A DNA stretch of 63,166 nucleotides, filler included, from Octopus bimaculoides (lineage: Eukaryota): the NCBI RefSeq assembly GCF_001194135.2. It is 5 parts of 5 records of this genome, joined end to end, with 100 filler letters (N's around TTAATTAATTAA, not from the genome) between each part and the next. Parts side by side here need not be neighbours in the genome. Positions count along the whole stretch, not along the records: positions 1 to 19,409 come from NC_068999.1; 4 more parts are not named here. One strand, given 5' to 3'. The position numbers were made by a program, and so were the translations under genes. The notes beneath the pieces are model-generated. The model did not search any database and had not been told where the DNA came from. It saw nothing but the letters and a program-made list of their open reading frames with translations. This document shows positions 1-12,975 of the stretch, piece by piece; position 1 is the stretch's first letter; the number at the start of each line of letters is the position of its first letter.

Positions 1-82
<82 letters not shown>

Positions 83-89
<7 letters not shown>

Positions 90-194
90 CAGGTCACTGC
101 CTGCAATCGAACTCGGAATCTTGGGGCATATGGTGTAGTGGTTATAAGCGCGGGCTACTAACCCCAAGATTTCGAGTTCGATTCCAGCCAATGA

Positions 195-205
<11 letters not shown>
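83..205 (+). mobile_element. tRNA-derived Pol III SINE head with an inverted partial copy (hairpin), flanked by (TTA)n and (AAT)n
   Basis: A-box TGGTGTAGTGG at 131-141, B-box GTTCGATTCC at 176-185. 83-126 is the reverse complement of 162-205 with 4 mismatches in 44 nt. Confidence 0.75.
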
Positions 206-230
<25 letters not shown>

Positions 231-288
231 CAACAACAACATCGAAAATTACTTTAGGAATGAGACCCCAGGATCGAAATTTCCCCAA

Positions 289-334
289 GACACCTGATGA
301 AGTCTGGAAGGTGTATCAGTTGAAACGTTGTGTT
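289..334 (+). ncRNA. Minimal type I hammerhead ribozyme motif (Penelope/retrozyme type)
   Basis: Stem I GACAC/GUGUU, core CUGAUGA at 294-300, extra A, partly decayed stem II GUCUG/CAGUU, GAAAC at 322-326, GUU cleavage triplet. Stem III is the palindrome AACGUU. Confidence 0.7.
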
Positions 335-949
335 AGCAACAACCAAGATGGGGACAAGTATCCGTCAAATATGAATAATATGAGTGTACTGTTCTATATA
401 TATTTTCCAATTTTTTTCTAATACCTTTTTTTCCTAATTTCCTAACAGTAGTAATTATTCATTTAATTTAATATTGCCAATTTGTATTCCCCCATTATTT
501 ATTAGCATAATTAATATTAATTTGCACACTTTTTTCTCCTTCTCCTAGACTTACTATTGATACTTAAGCCCCCCACCCCACCCGCCATGTATTACATTAC
601 CTTACAATTCTTTACCCAACTATGTTATTTATTTATTAAACTAATATATATATATATATTTATTATTCAAACCTTTATGTAAATATATATATATATATAT
701 ATATTCTTATCTATTTTCATTTTTTCTATATTTTTTCTATAATTTTTAAATAAATTTTAACTATCCACAGTTACCTCCCCTTGATCTACTTATTGCGCAC
801 ACATAAGCATTTTATTCCCTAAAATAAGAAAAAAATATAAATATTTTTTCTTTGATATAAGAGAGTTTTCCTTGCTCACTTATACATATAACGTATTAAC
901 TCCGTTCTTTTATCTTGTTACTTTCTTTCTTTCTTTCTTTAATCTATTT

Positions 950-1790
950 TACATTACCGTTAAAGATTCCCCAAAAGAATGAATCGCTACTTATTCTTAA
1001 AATATATGACCAATAGACTCTCTTTAACTAACTTGATTAATACAAAATAGATTGAGGAGTGTCAGTTATTTCTTACCAAAATAAATACATATAAAAAAAT
1101 ACATTTTTATTTGTTTGATCTACTATTGTATTTTTATTGACCTCTATTTGAACATGAGTAATATTTTGTGTATGAATTTAAGTAGTTTCATATTACCTAC
1201 ACAATTACATATTTATACAATTTTTCTGCATGTGATTTCTGTGCAGATATTTAAATATATTTATTAAGTGTGGGTGTAAATATATATAAGTACATATGCA
1301 ATATCCGATACTTTGCATGTCTATTATTTTTATTTTTGCAAATATATAAATATTGGAATGTGTTTATATTTATATATGCATTCAAATATATATAAATATA
1401 TCTATAACTTTATCCATTTCTTATTTTTACTTACGAATTTATACACGCTTCTTACGTAAATATTTATAACCACATTTATCTCAATATTAATATGATACTT
1501 AAAAACATGGCTGATTACTATTTTTTATTTATGCCTACACTCTTTAATGATTACTCAGAGTATATTATATATTTACTTTCTTTCTAAATATACACTCTCC
1601 CCACCCTTTATAAGGTCGATACCAAATGTATCCCAAAACTATAGTCAGCTCAAAAGTTCCGTACACTTAAAACATAAAAATGTAATGGTATAACTTTTCT
1701 TCTATATCCGACGAGACTCCATTTTATAATGATTTAATTATTTTAATTAAAATCTTTAAAGTCTGAATCGAAACAGCTGTCAGAGATTAT
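950..1790 (+). mobile_element. Possible decayed Penelope-like element 3' region with degenerate HHR
   Basis: Short frame near 960-1050 (NESLLILKYMTNRLSL) loosely resembles the PLE GIY-YIG C-terminus. HHR-like CCGACGA...GACUC/GAAUC...GAAAC-AGCU-GUC at 1703-1786 with poor stem I. Confidence 0.3.
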
Positions 1791-1884
1791 GTCCATTTTT
1801 TGCAATTAACAAATATAATTATTAATATATTAATTTCTTTTTTATTATTTTCTTAAATAAATATAAACCTCGGTTTATCTAATT

Positions 1885-2100
1885 ACCTATTTCGGTTTCC
1901 GTCTACCTGAGTCTATAGCAGAAGATACTTGTCCAAGGTGATTCGCAGTGGACTAAAGCCCGAAACCATGTGCTTAGGAGGCAAGCTACTTACCACACAG
2001 TCACTCCCAAGAACACAACACGCAGCCCGGTCCGGGATTCGAACTCACAACCTTACGATCGTAAACACGCTGCTCCAACCACTGAGCCATGCGCCTTCAC
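1885..2100 (-). mobile_element. Two adjacent tRNA-derived SINE 5' heads
   Basis: Reverse complements read ...gtgtggtaagtagcttgcc... and ggcgcatggctcagtggttggagc...gttcgaatcccgg (A/B boxes). Similar heads recur elsewhere in the window. Confidence 0.7.
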
Positions 2101-2492
2101 AAGCATACATGCACACACATATATATATATATACATACATACATACATATATATATATATATAGATATATTTATATATATATATATATATATATNNNNNN
2201 NNNNNNNNNNNNNNNNNNNNNNNNNNNNNNNNNNNNNNNNNNNNNNNNNNNNNNNNNNNNNNNNNNNNNNNNNNNNNNNNNNNNNNNNNNNNNNNNNNNN
2301 NNNNNNNNNNNNNNNNNNNNNNNNNNNNNNNNNNNNNNNNNNNNNNNNNNNNNNNNNNNNNNNNNNNNNNNNNNNNNNNNNNNNNNNNNNNNNNNNNNNN
2401 NNNNNNNNNNNNNNNNNNNNNNNNNNNNNNNNNNNNNNNNNNNNNNNNNNNNNNNNNNNNNNNNNNNNNNNNNNNNNNNNNNNNNNNNNNNN

Positions 2493-3042
2493 CCATTCAT
2501 CAACGCCTGCATGCCATCTGAAAAGTTATAAAATTGGGTCAATGGGCTCCTGACAAACTTTCTGTTTGGTGGGATATAAAACGTTTAATCGACTCTAGAC
2601 CAAGCGATAACACAAGAGATATATTGTGAACAGCGTGAGTGGCTTAAGTCAACGTTAAAAGAAAAACGACCATTTTCGGTTTCAAGGCGAAAGGTATTCA
2701 TCCCTCAGGATAATACTCAAGGATGATATTCCAAAGGCTGGAGCAGTTTGAATAGGAAACAATGCCCCACCCACCATTTTCGTCGGACCCCATCTGATTG
2801 TCATTTATTCCGCTGTCGTCAAAAGATAACGAATTCTGTAGATGAGTTCAGAACATTAGCGGAGGAGTATTTTTCATCACGGACAAGTGAATTTTGGAGG
2901 AGGGGGCCTTGCTAGTCTACCAGATGGAAAATGGAAGAGCATTGTAGGAAATGAAGGAGAGTATATTTTAGAATAAAAAAGTTTTTCTTAATTTTGAAAA
3001 ATAAAAGTATAAAAAACCGCATTATTTATGGGATGGCTCAAT
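2493..3042 (+). mobile_element. Decayed mariner (Tc1/mariner) transposase remnant, internally deleted
   Basis: Frameshifted motifs KLGQWAP, WWDIK, IYCEQ, QDN, PHPPFS and a C-terminal WKSIVGNEGEYILE*, followed by a TIR-like end ccgcattatttatgggatggctcaat. Confidence 0.8.
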
Positions 3043-3561
3043 GTGTATATATATGTATGTACGTGTGTCTGTGTGTGCCTCTGTGCCTGACTCTTACCAC
3101 CGCTTGACAACCAGTGTTAGTCTGATTACTTCCCCGTAAGTAAGCGGTTTAGCAAATGGGATCGATAGACTATATACCAAGCTTAATTACAAAATAAGTG
3201 CTGCGCTCGAACTCTTCGACTAAATACCTTTAAGGATGTGCCCCAGCATGGCCACAAGCTAATGATTGAAAAACTAAATACTAAAAGGTATATATGTATA
3301 TATACAAAATAATGGCTATTTGCCAAAATAATGTGGCTTTCCCGGAAGGGACGATGTTACTGTTGTGTTAGCCCCAAGGAGTATCGTCACTAGCTGGATA
3401 TACGTCACACTGTGTCCTTATGTTTTCGAACAGGGAGCTCAGGACTCCCACATAGCGCAAGCCAACATCTGTGGACTAGTTCCTGTATTATTGCCCTTTT
3501 GGGACAGCCATTAATTTAAAGAACTGTTACTGAATGTCTCTCTTTGAGAGACTTAGAAATG

Positions 3562-3631
<70 letters not shown>

Positions 3632-4222
3632 CCTACATAAATATATATATATACACGTATGTGTATATTTATAGGCATCTGCCTACTTGCCGAACTACCA
3701 ACCAATCAACACACATATATACGTACATAATACATTCATACGTACGTACATACATACATACATACATACATACATACATGCATACATACATACATTTATA
3801 CATCTATTGCGGTATCAATATAAATCGGTTTGTAATTCAGTTCAATAATCAAAGACTGGCAGTGACATAAATATATAGTCCTTTAGAGACCCACGATATC
3901 GATCTGTTGGTATTCAATATCGAACTTCTTTTCGTCGATATCTTCTGGGACAATTTTGAGCAAGACTAAGTTGTTGTTGTTTAGTCCCAAACGGGCAAGA
4001 AATTGTAGATTTATGAACAAAGCCGTTTTAAAGAGGAGAATGCAGTCTTCGTTTTATATTAGATATATACAAGTTATATTATGTACGAATTGAAACATAA
4101 GTTTTAATAAGCAGCGGAGTATACAGCTGTAAAATTGGTTGCAGCTTTTAGTTCTGACAGTTGAGTGCACAAAACGTCTTGATCTTGGTTCTAGATCCGG
4201 TTGCACATATATATTCATAATC

Positions 4223-4273
<51 letters not shown>

Positions 4274-4634
4274 TGTGTGCGTGCGTGCGAGCAAGTGTAT
4301 GTCATTGTTTTCCGTGTTTGTACCCCACCAACACTTGTCAGCTGGTGCTGGTGTGTACAAGAAGATTCTTTGAGCTCCACTCATAAAGCCCGAGGCTATA
4401 CTAGAAAAGATACTTGTCTAAGGGCGTCGTGCAGTGGATTGTACATGGAACCATCAGACGTACATGTCACTCATATGTGACTATAAGCTTGTAGTTCACG
4501 TCATTTTCGCTAGTACAAAGCTGCTCCGTTTGAGGGCTTATCCATATATTTCTGGATATATATGACGTGCATATCTTCGTGTCTGTGGCTGGTATTTGAT
4601 GTTATTTCACAGCTAATATGAACATTACGAAAAT

Positions 4635-4830
4635 GGTGGTAAGCTGGCAGGATCATTAGCACCCTGGGCAAAATACCTAGCGCCATTTTGTCCGTCTCTA
4701 CGTTCAGTGTTCAAATTCTACCGGCGCTGACTTTGTATTTCATCCACTCGGGTCGATATAACTAGTAGAATTTGAGAGCTGAGGTCTATGCAATCGACAT
4801 GCCCCACCTTCCGAAATTGCTTTCCTTGTA
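4635..4830 (+). mobile_element. tRNA-derived SINE family A (ggcggcgagctggcag...gtcgactttgcctttcatcc type)
   Basis: Similar to copies at ~6430-6555, 11020-11180, 15735-16370 (three), 25600-25735, 27790-28015, 34672-34817, 37232-37465, 40779-41840 and 46490-46930. Confidence 0.75.
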
Positions 4831-5234
4831 ACAAAATCTGAATCCAATAAGCAGTACACAAACATTTTAAGAAGGTAATTGACTCCATGCAATTATTAGG
4901 CAAACATTTTCTCTGCTGAGAATTAAATTGTGAAATCAATAAGCAGAAAACAAATCAAACGACAAAATATTTGCATGTGTGAAGCTCCATGCAGTGAAGC
5001 ACACATCGTCTAACGAATACACCCACCCCACACACACACACATTTATTCTTGAATACACTTATAGTTTCACACGTACAGACGTTAATGAAGAAACACATA
5101 TGAATCACACAGACACATTTCATTCGCATGCAACAAACGTGCGCGTTGTATTGTATGAAATGCATCAGTGTGGCATATGTATCTATATGCCTATATATAT
5201 GTGTGTATACATATGTTTATATGAACGCTCACAG

Positions 5235-5265
<31 letters not shown>

Positions 5266-5331
5266 TATACATGTATCCATACGTCTTTATATATGTGTGT
5301 TCATACATATGCATAAATGTATCTCTTTCTT

Positions 5332-5366
<35 letters not shown>

Positions 5367-5403
5367 GTTTATCTATCTATCTATCTGTCTACCTATTTGT
5401 CTA

Positions 5404-5434
<31 letters not shown>

Positions 5435-6554
5435 ATCTATCTATCTATCTATACACATGTATGTATTATATATATATATAGGTAAATGTATGTATGCGTG
5501 CATTCATTTCGTACATCCCTGGGTGTCTATCTAAACCGCATGTAGGGTATACGCCCCCTGAAGGAGATGTCTTCTTTCAGAAAGTCGAACAATGGCATCG
5601 TTCAGGTTGGACACCCAAACACTCCCACGTACGCACACATACACAACACATACAGGAACCCACAATCACAAGCACACACATAAACACGTGCATGCAGTTA
5701 CGCATAGACGCCCATAACGAAGTTTAAATACATTTTTTAAAACTTTTTCTTTGTTTTCTTCTCCTTGCTATGAGTGGGCCTGTAGCCGTGTGTGTGCGAC
5801 ATCTACTTTGTGGCTATTAGTATTTAACTTCGGTTCACAGACCCAATAATAAAAGAAGCCGTCCCACCAAAAGTTAGAAATAAAAATTAACTAGATTCGT
5901 ATTACCGGCATTTAATAATATATGTGCTCGCAAATCATATGTAACTCGTTCGTGTACACTCGAACGTGGGAGGACATTTCGTTGAGTAGAATATGCTACC
6001 CATAGAGTATCAGGAAAACGTGTGATCATCACATCTATCCTGCTACTTGTCTGGTACTTTATTCTTTCTAATTTTTGTGTAAGACCAGCAATCTTAGTGC
6101 ATGTGGGGTCGTCGACTGAATTGACCCTTGCTCTTGTTTGAAACGTTATTTAATCGACTCCGAGAGAATGAAAATCGAAGTTATCCTCGGCGGAATTTGA
6201 ACTCAGAACGTTGACCACGACAGAATTTTAAGAGAGATATATTAAGATTAGCCAAATTCATACGAAACAGCGCTGAATGAAATACAAGCGAGTATAACCA
6301 TTGAACAATTTTGCGTACATCGGAACATGGGAAGACCATTCGCTGCGTAAATAATCTCGGGGAAAATGTTCTCCTTTTACAATTTTCTTCCAGGCACGAG
6401 GTCTAAAATATGGTGGAGGAGGGACTTGTTGATTATAGCGAACCCAGTGTTACACTGGTACTTACTTTATCAACCCCGAAAGAATGAAAGGCAAATTCGA
6501 TCTCGGCAGAATTTGAACGCAGAACGTGAAGATAGACGACATTCTGCCAAACAT

Positions 6555-6900
6555 AAGAATCGGAAAAGCAAGCGCTTCAATCTGCTCAGAGTTGTCTTAG
6601 GACAAGATGCAAAGGCTAGGCGATAGTAAACTACTGAGGCGGTATATACATTCGACACGTCCACCCGGCTTGAGCAGCCTAGTCATGACCCCTTCTCAGT
6701 TCCTATCTACCAGAAAATCTGATACAAACCAGACTCGAAGCTCTTTCACCGGACCCTCCGATCAACAACAGAAATCATCACCATTCCACATGGATTTGTC
6801 TTGGTGTATGAGAGCTCCTGTGAAAGCCTGATATTCTTTCAGTATAGTGTCAATCGTTTTTATGTCCGAAATGTCCGACACCATAGCCTTCAAAGTCTCT
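6555..6900 (-). mobile_element. L1/Tx1-clade LINE reverse transcriptase fragment (pseudogenised)
   Basis: MVSDISDIKTIDTILKEYQAFTGALIHQDKS resembles the segment after the YADD motif. VSNVYTASVVYYRLAFASCPKTTLSRLKRLLFRFL resembles the thumb-region 'xYRLxxxxxP...LERxLFxFLW' motif. Frameshifted. Confidence 0.65.
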
Positions 6901-7140
6901 TCGCAGCAAGAGTTCTAACACTGAAATATATGAAGTATATAACATACATATTAATTTCAGTTCGAGGCTAGCAAATTAAGCAGTAGGGCTTTAGTTCGTT
7001 AAACCTCCCTCAGTTCTCGACTGGTACTTAAACTTATTGACTTGAAAAATACGAAAGACAAGGTTCAAACGAAAAATTTAAAGTCCGGACGTAAATATCC
7101 GGAACAAATGTCGTGAATCATTTTGTGTGAAAGTCTAAAG

Positions 7141-7395
7141 CAATGGTTCTCAACAATTTTTTTATCAAGGAATCCCTTTGATCAAAATTTAATTCTCTTA
7201 GACACCTATACCCTTTCAAATTTTAAAACATGCTATTATATTTTTATTATTAAATATCATTAAGAGCTGTACTTGTAAATTGTGAAAGTACCTGGTAATC
7301 TGTCGAAATATAAGGAATTTATTGGTCATAAATTTTAATAAATACATCTTATTTTCACCTCCAAGAGCCTCAAGGACCTTGTTTAAGGACCACTG
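7141..7395. mobile_element. Probable hAT-type MITE
   Basis: Imperfect TIRs caatggttctcaac / gtttaaggaccactg. Candidate 8-bp TSD gtctaaag (7133-7140) vs ctctaacg (7396-7403). Confidence 0.5.
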
Positions 7396-7804
7396 CTCTA
7401 ACGGTTCTTCAAGCTCGCATTATTCAATGGTATCTGAATTCAGCACTACAACAAAACTTTTAAGGGAAGCAACAGGATAGTAAATACTATTGATCCCAGC
7501 ACTTGTCTAAAACATTTGCTTATGGAACCCAAAAGGGTAAGAGATAAGATCGACGTCAATGAAGTTCAAAATCAATTTATATTTCTAGAAAGATTATACG
7601 AAGTTGAATTACAGACGCACTAACGATTCTGCCACGCCACCAATAATGGTACTGCAAGTACAACAGCAGCCTACTTGATATGGTGACGTCTGACACAAGC
7701 GGTATATGTAACGAACACACAGACACACTTCTCGAAACGAGAGTCAAACGTGGTCGGATAAGATGAGTTTTACAGTCAAGGAAAGTTATTTCAGACACTG
7801 TATG

Positions 7805-7835
<31 letters not shown>

Positions 7836-7874
7836 GCATGTATATATGACTATATTTACAAACACACACACAGA

Positions 7875-7941
<67 letters not shown>

Positions 7942-7954
7942 GTATCTATCTATC

Positions 7955-7987
<33 letters not shown>

Positions 7988-8089
7988 ATGTGTGTGTGTG
8001 TGTGTGTGTATGTGTGTTTGTGTGTGTGTATGTATATATGCACACACACACATTCAGTTATATACATAAATATGCATATATGTATTAGT

Positions 8090-8232
8090 AGGTGTGTGGT
8101 AAGTAGCTAGCATACCGACCACTTGGTTCATAGTTTAGTCCCACTGCATAGCACCTTCGGCAAGTGTCTTCTAGTTGCAGACCAAAACCTTATGTGTGGA
8201 TTTGGCAGAGAGAAACTGAAAGAAGCCCGTCG

Positions 8233-8266
<34 letters not shown>

Positions 8267-8495
8267 CGCGCGCGTGTATGTATGTGCTTGTGTGTGTATG
8301 TTTCTGTTTGTTCCCTCACCATCGCATGACAACCGATGCTGGTGTGTTTACATCCCGTAACTTAGCGGTTCGGCTTAAGGGACCAATAGAGTAAGTACTA
8401 GGCTTACAAAGAATAAGCCCTGGAGTTGAATTGCTTGAGTAAAGAAGGTGCTCCAGCATAGCCACAGTCAAATGACTGAAACAAATAAAAGAATG
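8090..8495 (+). mobile_element. tRNA-derived SINE family B with internal microsatellite, near full length
   Basis: Head gtgtggtaagtagctagc...ttagtcccactgc and 3' part ending gtcaaatgactgaaacaa. Other copies at ~3065-3290, 19600-19826, 38818-39630, 42448-42835, 51150-51412, 54232-54390 and 62455-62680. Confidence 0.8.
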
Positions 8496-8836
8496 TATAT
8501 ATATATATATNNNNNNNNNNNNNNNNNNNNNNNNNNNNNNNNNNNNNNNNNNNNNNNNNNNNNNNNNNNNNNNNNNNNNNNNNNNNNNNNNNNNNNNNNN
8601 NNNNNNNNNNNNNNNNNNNNNNNNNNNNNNNNNNNNNNNNNNNNNNNNNNNNNNNNNNNNNNNNNNNNNNNNNNNNNNNNNNNNNNNNNNNNNNNNNNNN
8701 NNNNNNNNNNNNNNNNNNNNNNNNNNNNNNNNNNNNNNNNNNNNNNNNNNNNNNNNNNNNNNNNNNNNNNNNNNNNNNNNNNNNNNNNNNNNNNNNNNNN
8801 NNNNNNNNNNNNNNNNNNNNNNNNNNNNNNNNNNNN

Positions 8837-8869
<33 letters not shown>

Positions 8870-8871
<2 letters not shown>

Positions 8872-10600
8872 TCACCCTAAACAGTAAGTCAAGCGCCCTT
8901 CTCGTCCTTCGATCAACATATGTTTACTCAGATCAGGGGTTGTGTAATATGCACCCAATATGGTCCGCTAAAGTCAAAGTTGCGGTTTTAATACAAAGTT
9001 GCATCTCCACCATTGAGGTCTATTGAACAGCCTTCAACCCCTTCCGGTTTGAAGCACATAGCTTAGCTCTGAAATTGAAATCATCATGCTTTGCATCGAA
9101 GAATTGGTTAACAGCCAATCAAGAACAAGAACAATGAACAAGAACAATGAATATCGATATTTTACTATTATTTCAGCCTTCAGCTCAAGATACCTGGTCT
9201 GGTGTATTAGGTGTGTCTTAAAACACTTTGCCGTAACAGGTCAATTACATGTCGCAAAACCGATGCTAAAGGTATAAGCAAAACCCATACATTGAACATG
9301 TGACATCGGTGACGTTTACAATTATTTGTTTATAATTTGTATCGGGAGTTCCAGAACCATCATAAATTACACAGCAGCTTCACCTCCCAATCCCTGTCTA
9401 TGTATATAACTAGATTTTGGTCCTCAGAAAATGGCATCGAGGGTTTCCAGTCTTACTAGAGTTCTCTGAACCCTCCTAATCGGTCGGGGTATTTGTTTTT
9501 CATGGCGTTATGTATGGTCTGAGTGCTTTTGCTGATTGTTCTGTGTGTTCGTGTTATTTTTTGAGCTGATGAAATCTTTCTGAGATGTTATCTGTGTGTT
9601 GCTTTACGTGTTTCATTAAATCAAATGTTGTTTCCACTCATGGCAGTGTAATTGTGTAATGTGCCTCAGCTGTCCTTGTACTTTTTAGGATGGTTTTCTC
9701 TGTTATTGGTGGTGATTGTGATGGTAGAGATTGTGATAATTTTATCAACAGTAGTGGTGTTCTTATTGCTGTCGAGGCCGCTATTGACGTGTCGGGGATG
9801 GGAGGTGTTTCTTCTGCAGTCCGTACCAATCTCTCAGATTTTGGGCTTCGCAAATTTTAGTGACGGAGTTGATATTCTTTACACTTTTCCTTTTATGTTA
9901 CGTTACTCGAATTACTTCCTTCAGTCGCGCAAAGCGATTCTGAATGCAGTCATTTTGGATTATTTAACTGCAGTATTAATTATCTTTTACTTTTTTTCAG
10001 TCATTGCCTGCGGCGATGTTGGGTCACCGCCTTCCAGGATTTCAGTCGAATGTATCAACTCCAGCAGTTTTAATTTATTACATCATATTACTTATTCTAT
10101 CGTTCTCCTATACCGAGCAGGGATGTCACCAAAGCAACACACACACACACACACAACACATCGAATTTCTTTCAGTTTCCATCGCTTTCAAATCCACTCA
10201 CAAGGCTATGCTCACACAACAATGCCTCTTCTGTCGGTTCTAATGACGGCAGCGGCGTAATTTTCAAGTATATTCAATGGACAATTTAGATATTTTCCCT
10301 TCACATTTGATGTCGTCGTTGTTGTTGTTGTTTCACTCGGTACTTGTGTTGGCTGTGGTGATTGTGTTAGTTTTCTTTTACACATGTCTTTTAATCGGGG
10401 ACTTTTTCCGGCGTTGTTGCTCTTCTTGTTAACATTATTATTGCCGTAGGTACGTTTTCTTTTAACAGAGAATAGCTTGAAGTTAATATTGCTCCAGCTG
10501 TTGAAACAGATAACTATCCCCCTGAATTTGTCAAGCCATATTTGTTTCTGTTTCTGTGTTTATTTTTAACCACTTAACTTCAGTATTTAAAGGTTACAAT
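8870..10600 (-). mobile_element. Possibly a heavily decayed retroelement ORF1-like region
   Basis: Non-repetitive, relatively GC-balanced stretch with several 40-100 codon minus-strand frames broken by stops. Same orientation as the Tx1 RT piece at 6555-6900. No diagnostic motif is secure. Confidence 0.2.
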
Positions 10601-10768
10601 ATTCTTCCCGAAGTGGCAATAATTTCACAAAGCTAAATAGCCTCAGTGGATGTTGTTTGGATAAAAAAAAAAACAAATTGGCACAAAAACCAAAAATATT
10701 CTTGAAAACAACAAAATTCTAAAACAACTTGGAAACTACCAAACAATGTCCCTCACGTGCAAACACAC

Positions 10769-10769
10769 A

Positions 10770-10813
<44 letters not shown>

Positions 10814-10824
10814 NNNNNNNNNNA

Positions 10825-10872
<48 letters not shown>

Positions 10873-11185
10873 CCACCACCACCACCACTGATGATGATGA
10901 TGATGATGGTGACGACGATGATGATGACGATGTTGATGATGATGATAGCGATAATGGTTTAAAATTTAGACACAATGTCTGCTAAGTTCGGGTGAAATTG
11001 GAAGTCGATTGCATGGACCTCAGTGTTCGACTGGTACTCATTTTATCAATCTCGATAAGATAGAAGGCAAAGTCGTCCTATGCGGAATTTGAACTCAGAA
11101 CGTAAAGACGGACAAAATGAGACTAACCATTTTTCTTTGATTTTGCTTTTTCGATATGCTAATGATTCTACCCGCTTACCACTCC

Positions 11186-11230
<45 letters not shown>

Positions 11231-11410
11231 CTGGTGCTGGTGGTGGTTGTGGCAGTCGTCGTCGTCGTCGCCGTCGTCGTCGTATGAGGAGGAGAAAGAA
11301 AAATAAGGAGGAGAAGAAGAAGGAGAAGAAGAAGAATATGAAGAAGAAGGAGAAGAAGAAGAATATGAAGAAGAAGAAGAACAACAACAACAACAACAAT
11401 AACAGCAACA
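10769..11410. repeat. Compound trinucleotide microsatellites flanking a SINE
   Basis: (ACT)n-(GCT)n-(ACC)n-(GAT)n on the left and (AGT)n-(CGT)n-(AAG)n-(AAC)n on the right. Confidence 0.9.
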
Positions 11411-11464
11411 ATATTTATAATGTCTAGGCGTAAGTGTTACGGCAAACATTTTGCTCAATCCTAC

Positions 11465-11760
11465 AGTTTAAGCTTCGCATTTGCTTGACTTTAACCAGTT
11501 GAGGATGTCCCTTAATGGCTGTCAATATGCGCATCTCTGTTCATGAAAAGGAGTAGTTATGGAGCAACATATCCCAGTGTTGAGGAGAATTCTTCGGGTT
11601 TTGAATAGTTCACTTCTGGAAATGTAGGTGTTTCCTTCATCGTCTTTAAACAACCACCATTCGGGGACCTTTTGAGCTGTAAGAGACTACTCGACGGGAA
11701 GAACATTCTAGCTGAGCTTCATCTTGATTTTGATAAAATGAAAATATAATCTTCCTTCAT
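11465..11760. repeat. Dispersed repeat, diverged homolog of 53455-53870
   Basis: Shared blocks such as ttaaccagttgag...gtccctt...tggctg...catctctg...gaattctt...tttgaata...ggaaa. Confidence 0.7.
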
Positions 11761-11879
11761 TCCAAGGGAGATAAATAAAATTACATGAAGAAATTCTCTC
11801 GTCTATACGTTGTGAACAGCAGCGGTGAGAGCATGTAGGTTTCCCAAAGAACTACAGAACGCCATTATGTTCTGATCAG

Positions 11880-12975
11880 AAAACGTGATATGAAAGACGT
11901 TTCTAATGTTCGGGCCATGAGAGGATCAGAGAACTCGACTGACCATCATCTAGTGCGTGGAAAAAACAATTTTTCGATAAGGCCTAAAAATCGACAGTCT
12001 GGTCCTAAGATACCCCAAAAGTCGAATGTTGCACACTTTCAGTTATCAAGGAACTTGCAAAGATTCCACGATGCTATAGAAAGTATCAATGTTGACCCAA
12101 ACTATCTATGGGAAGCTTTCAAAACAAAAGTATTTCAGGCTGCAAGTTCGTCAGTGGGATTTAAATCACATAATTCCAGTGACTGGTTCTCAAGTAAATC
12201 AGCAGAAATTCATGATCTACTTTTAAAATAACAAAACTTAGGCAATACATTTCTTTCTCAGTTCTTGAACTCCAAATCAACCGAAGCTTAAAGAAAGCTG
12301 AAAAGGAAAGTGCAGACTGCTCTAAGGAAATTAAATAGGAATGGTGGAATGATAGAGCAAAAGGGCACAAGAAGCAGCTGATAGAAATGATGCCAAGGGT
12401 TTGTCCTCTTATGTTGAGGAGGTATATGGCCAAACTCTTCTTCAATAGCTCCAGTGAGAATAGAATATGGACGCTTGCTTCTGACTGACAACGTTTCTAT
12501 TTATAAGTGCTGGGTAGAATATTTTTCTGCACTTTTGAATAGACTATCATCCGCTGACATGAGGACGATAGAAAAAAAAATGAACACCTTCCAGTTATAG
12601 AACAAATGGCATTTGAACTAACTCTAAATGGCATTTATTTAGCTGTGAATAAGTTGAATGCCAATAACTCTCCAGGGTCTGATAGAATCTGTGTAGAAGT
12701 CTTGAAATACGGGTTTGACAAAATATTTGAACTCTTAAATATATTAATTTGTCACCGTTGGAGAACTGAGAAAATACCTAAAGACTGGTTTGCTGCCATT
12801 TTAGTCTCCTTGTATAAATCGGGGCCAAAGTATCTGTGTGGTAATTTTTGTGGGATTTCGCATTTTTCTGTGGTTGGAAATGTACTTGCCCGCATTTTGT
12901 TAGAACGTTTAATTGACTTCGTAGTTCCAAATATGGTGTCTGAGTCTCAGTGTGATTTTCGCTCCTCCAAGGGCA
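11880..12975 (+). mobile_element. RTE-clade LINE ORF2 fragment (AP endonuclease end, linker, RT start), pseudogenised
   Basis: DVSNVRAMRGSENSTDHHLVR (end of APE domain). NSPGSDRICVEVLKYG, IPKDWFAAILVSLYK, GISHFSVVGNVLARILLERL and ESQCDFR are RTE RT domain 0-2 like. Stops and frameshifts present. Confidence 0.9.

Noticed and set aside
131-2100. tRNA genes
   Set aside because: A/B boxes are present but there is no complete cloverleaf with a paired acceptor stem. They continue into SINE bodies.
9652-10260. 202-aa hydrophobic plus-strand ORF
   Set aside because: No recognisable domain, runs into a (CA)n/SINE fragment, and probably reflects the antisense of degenerate AC-rich minus-strand sequence.
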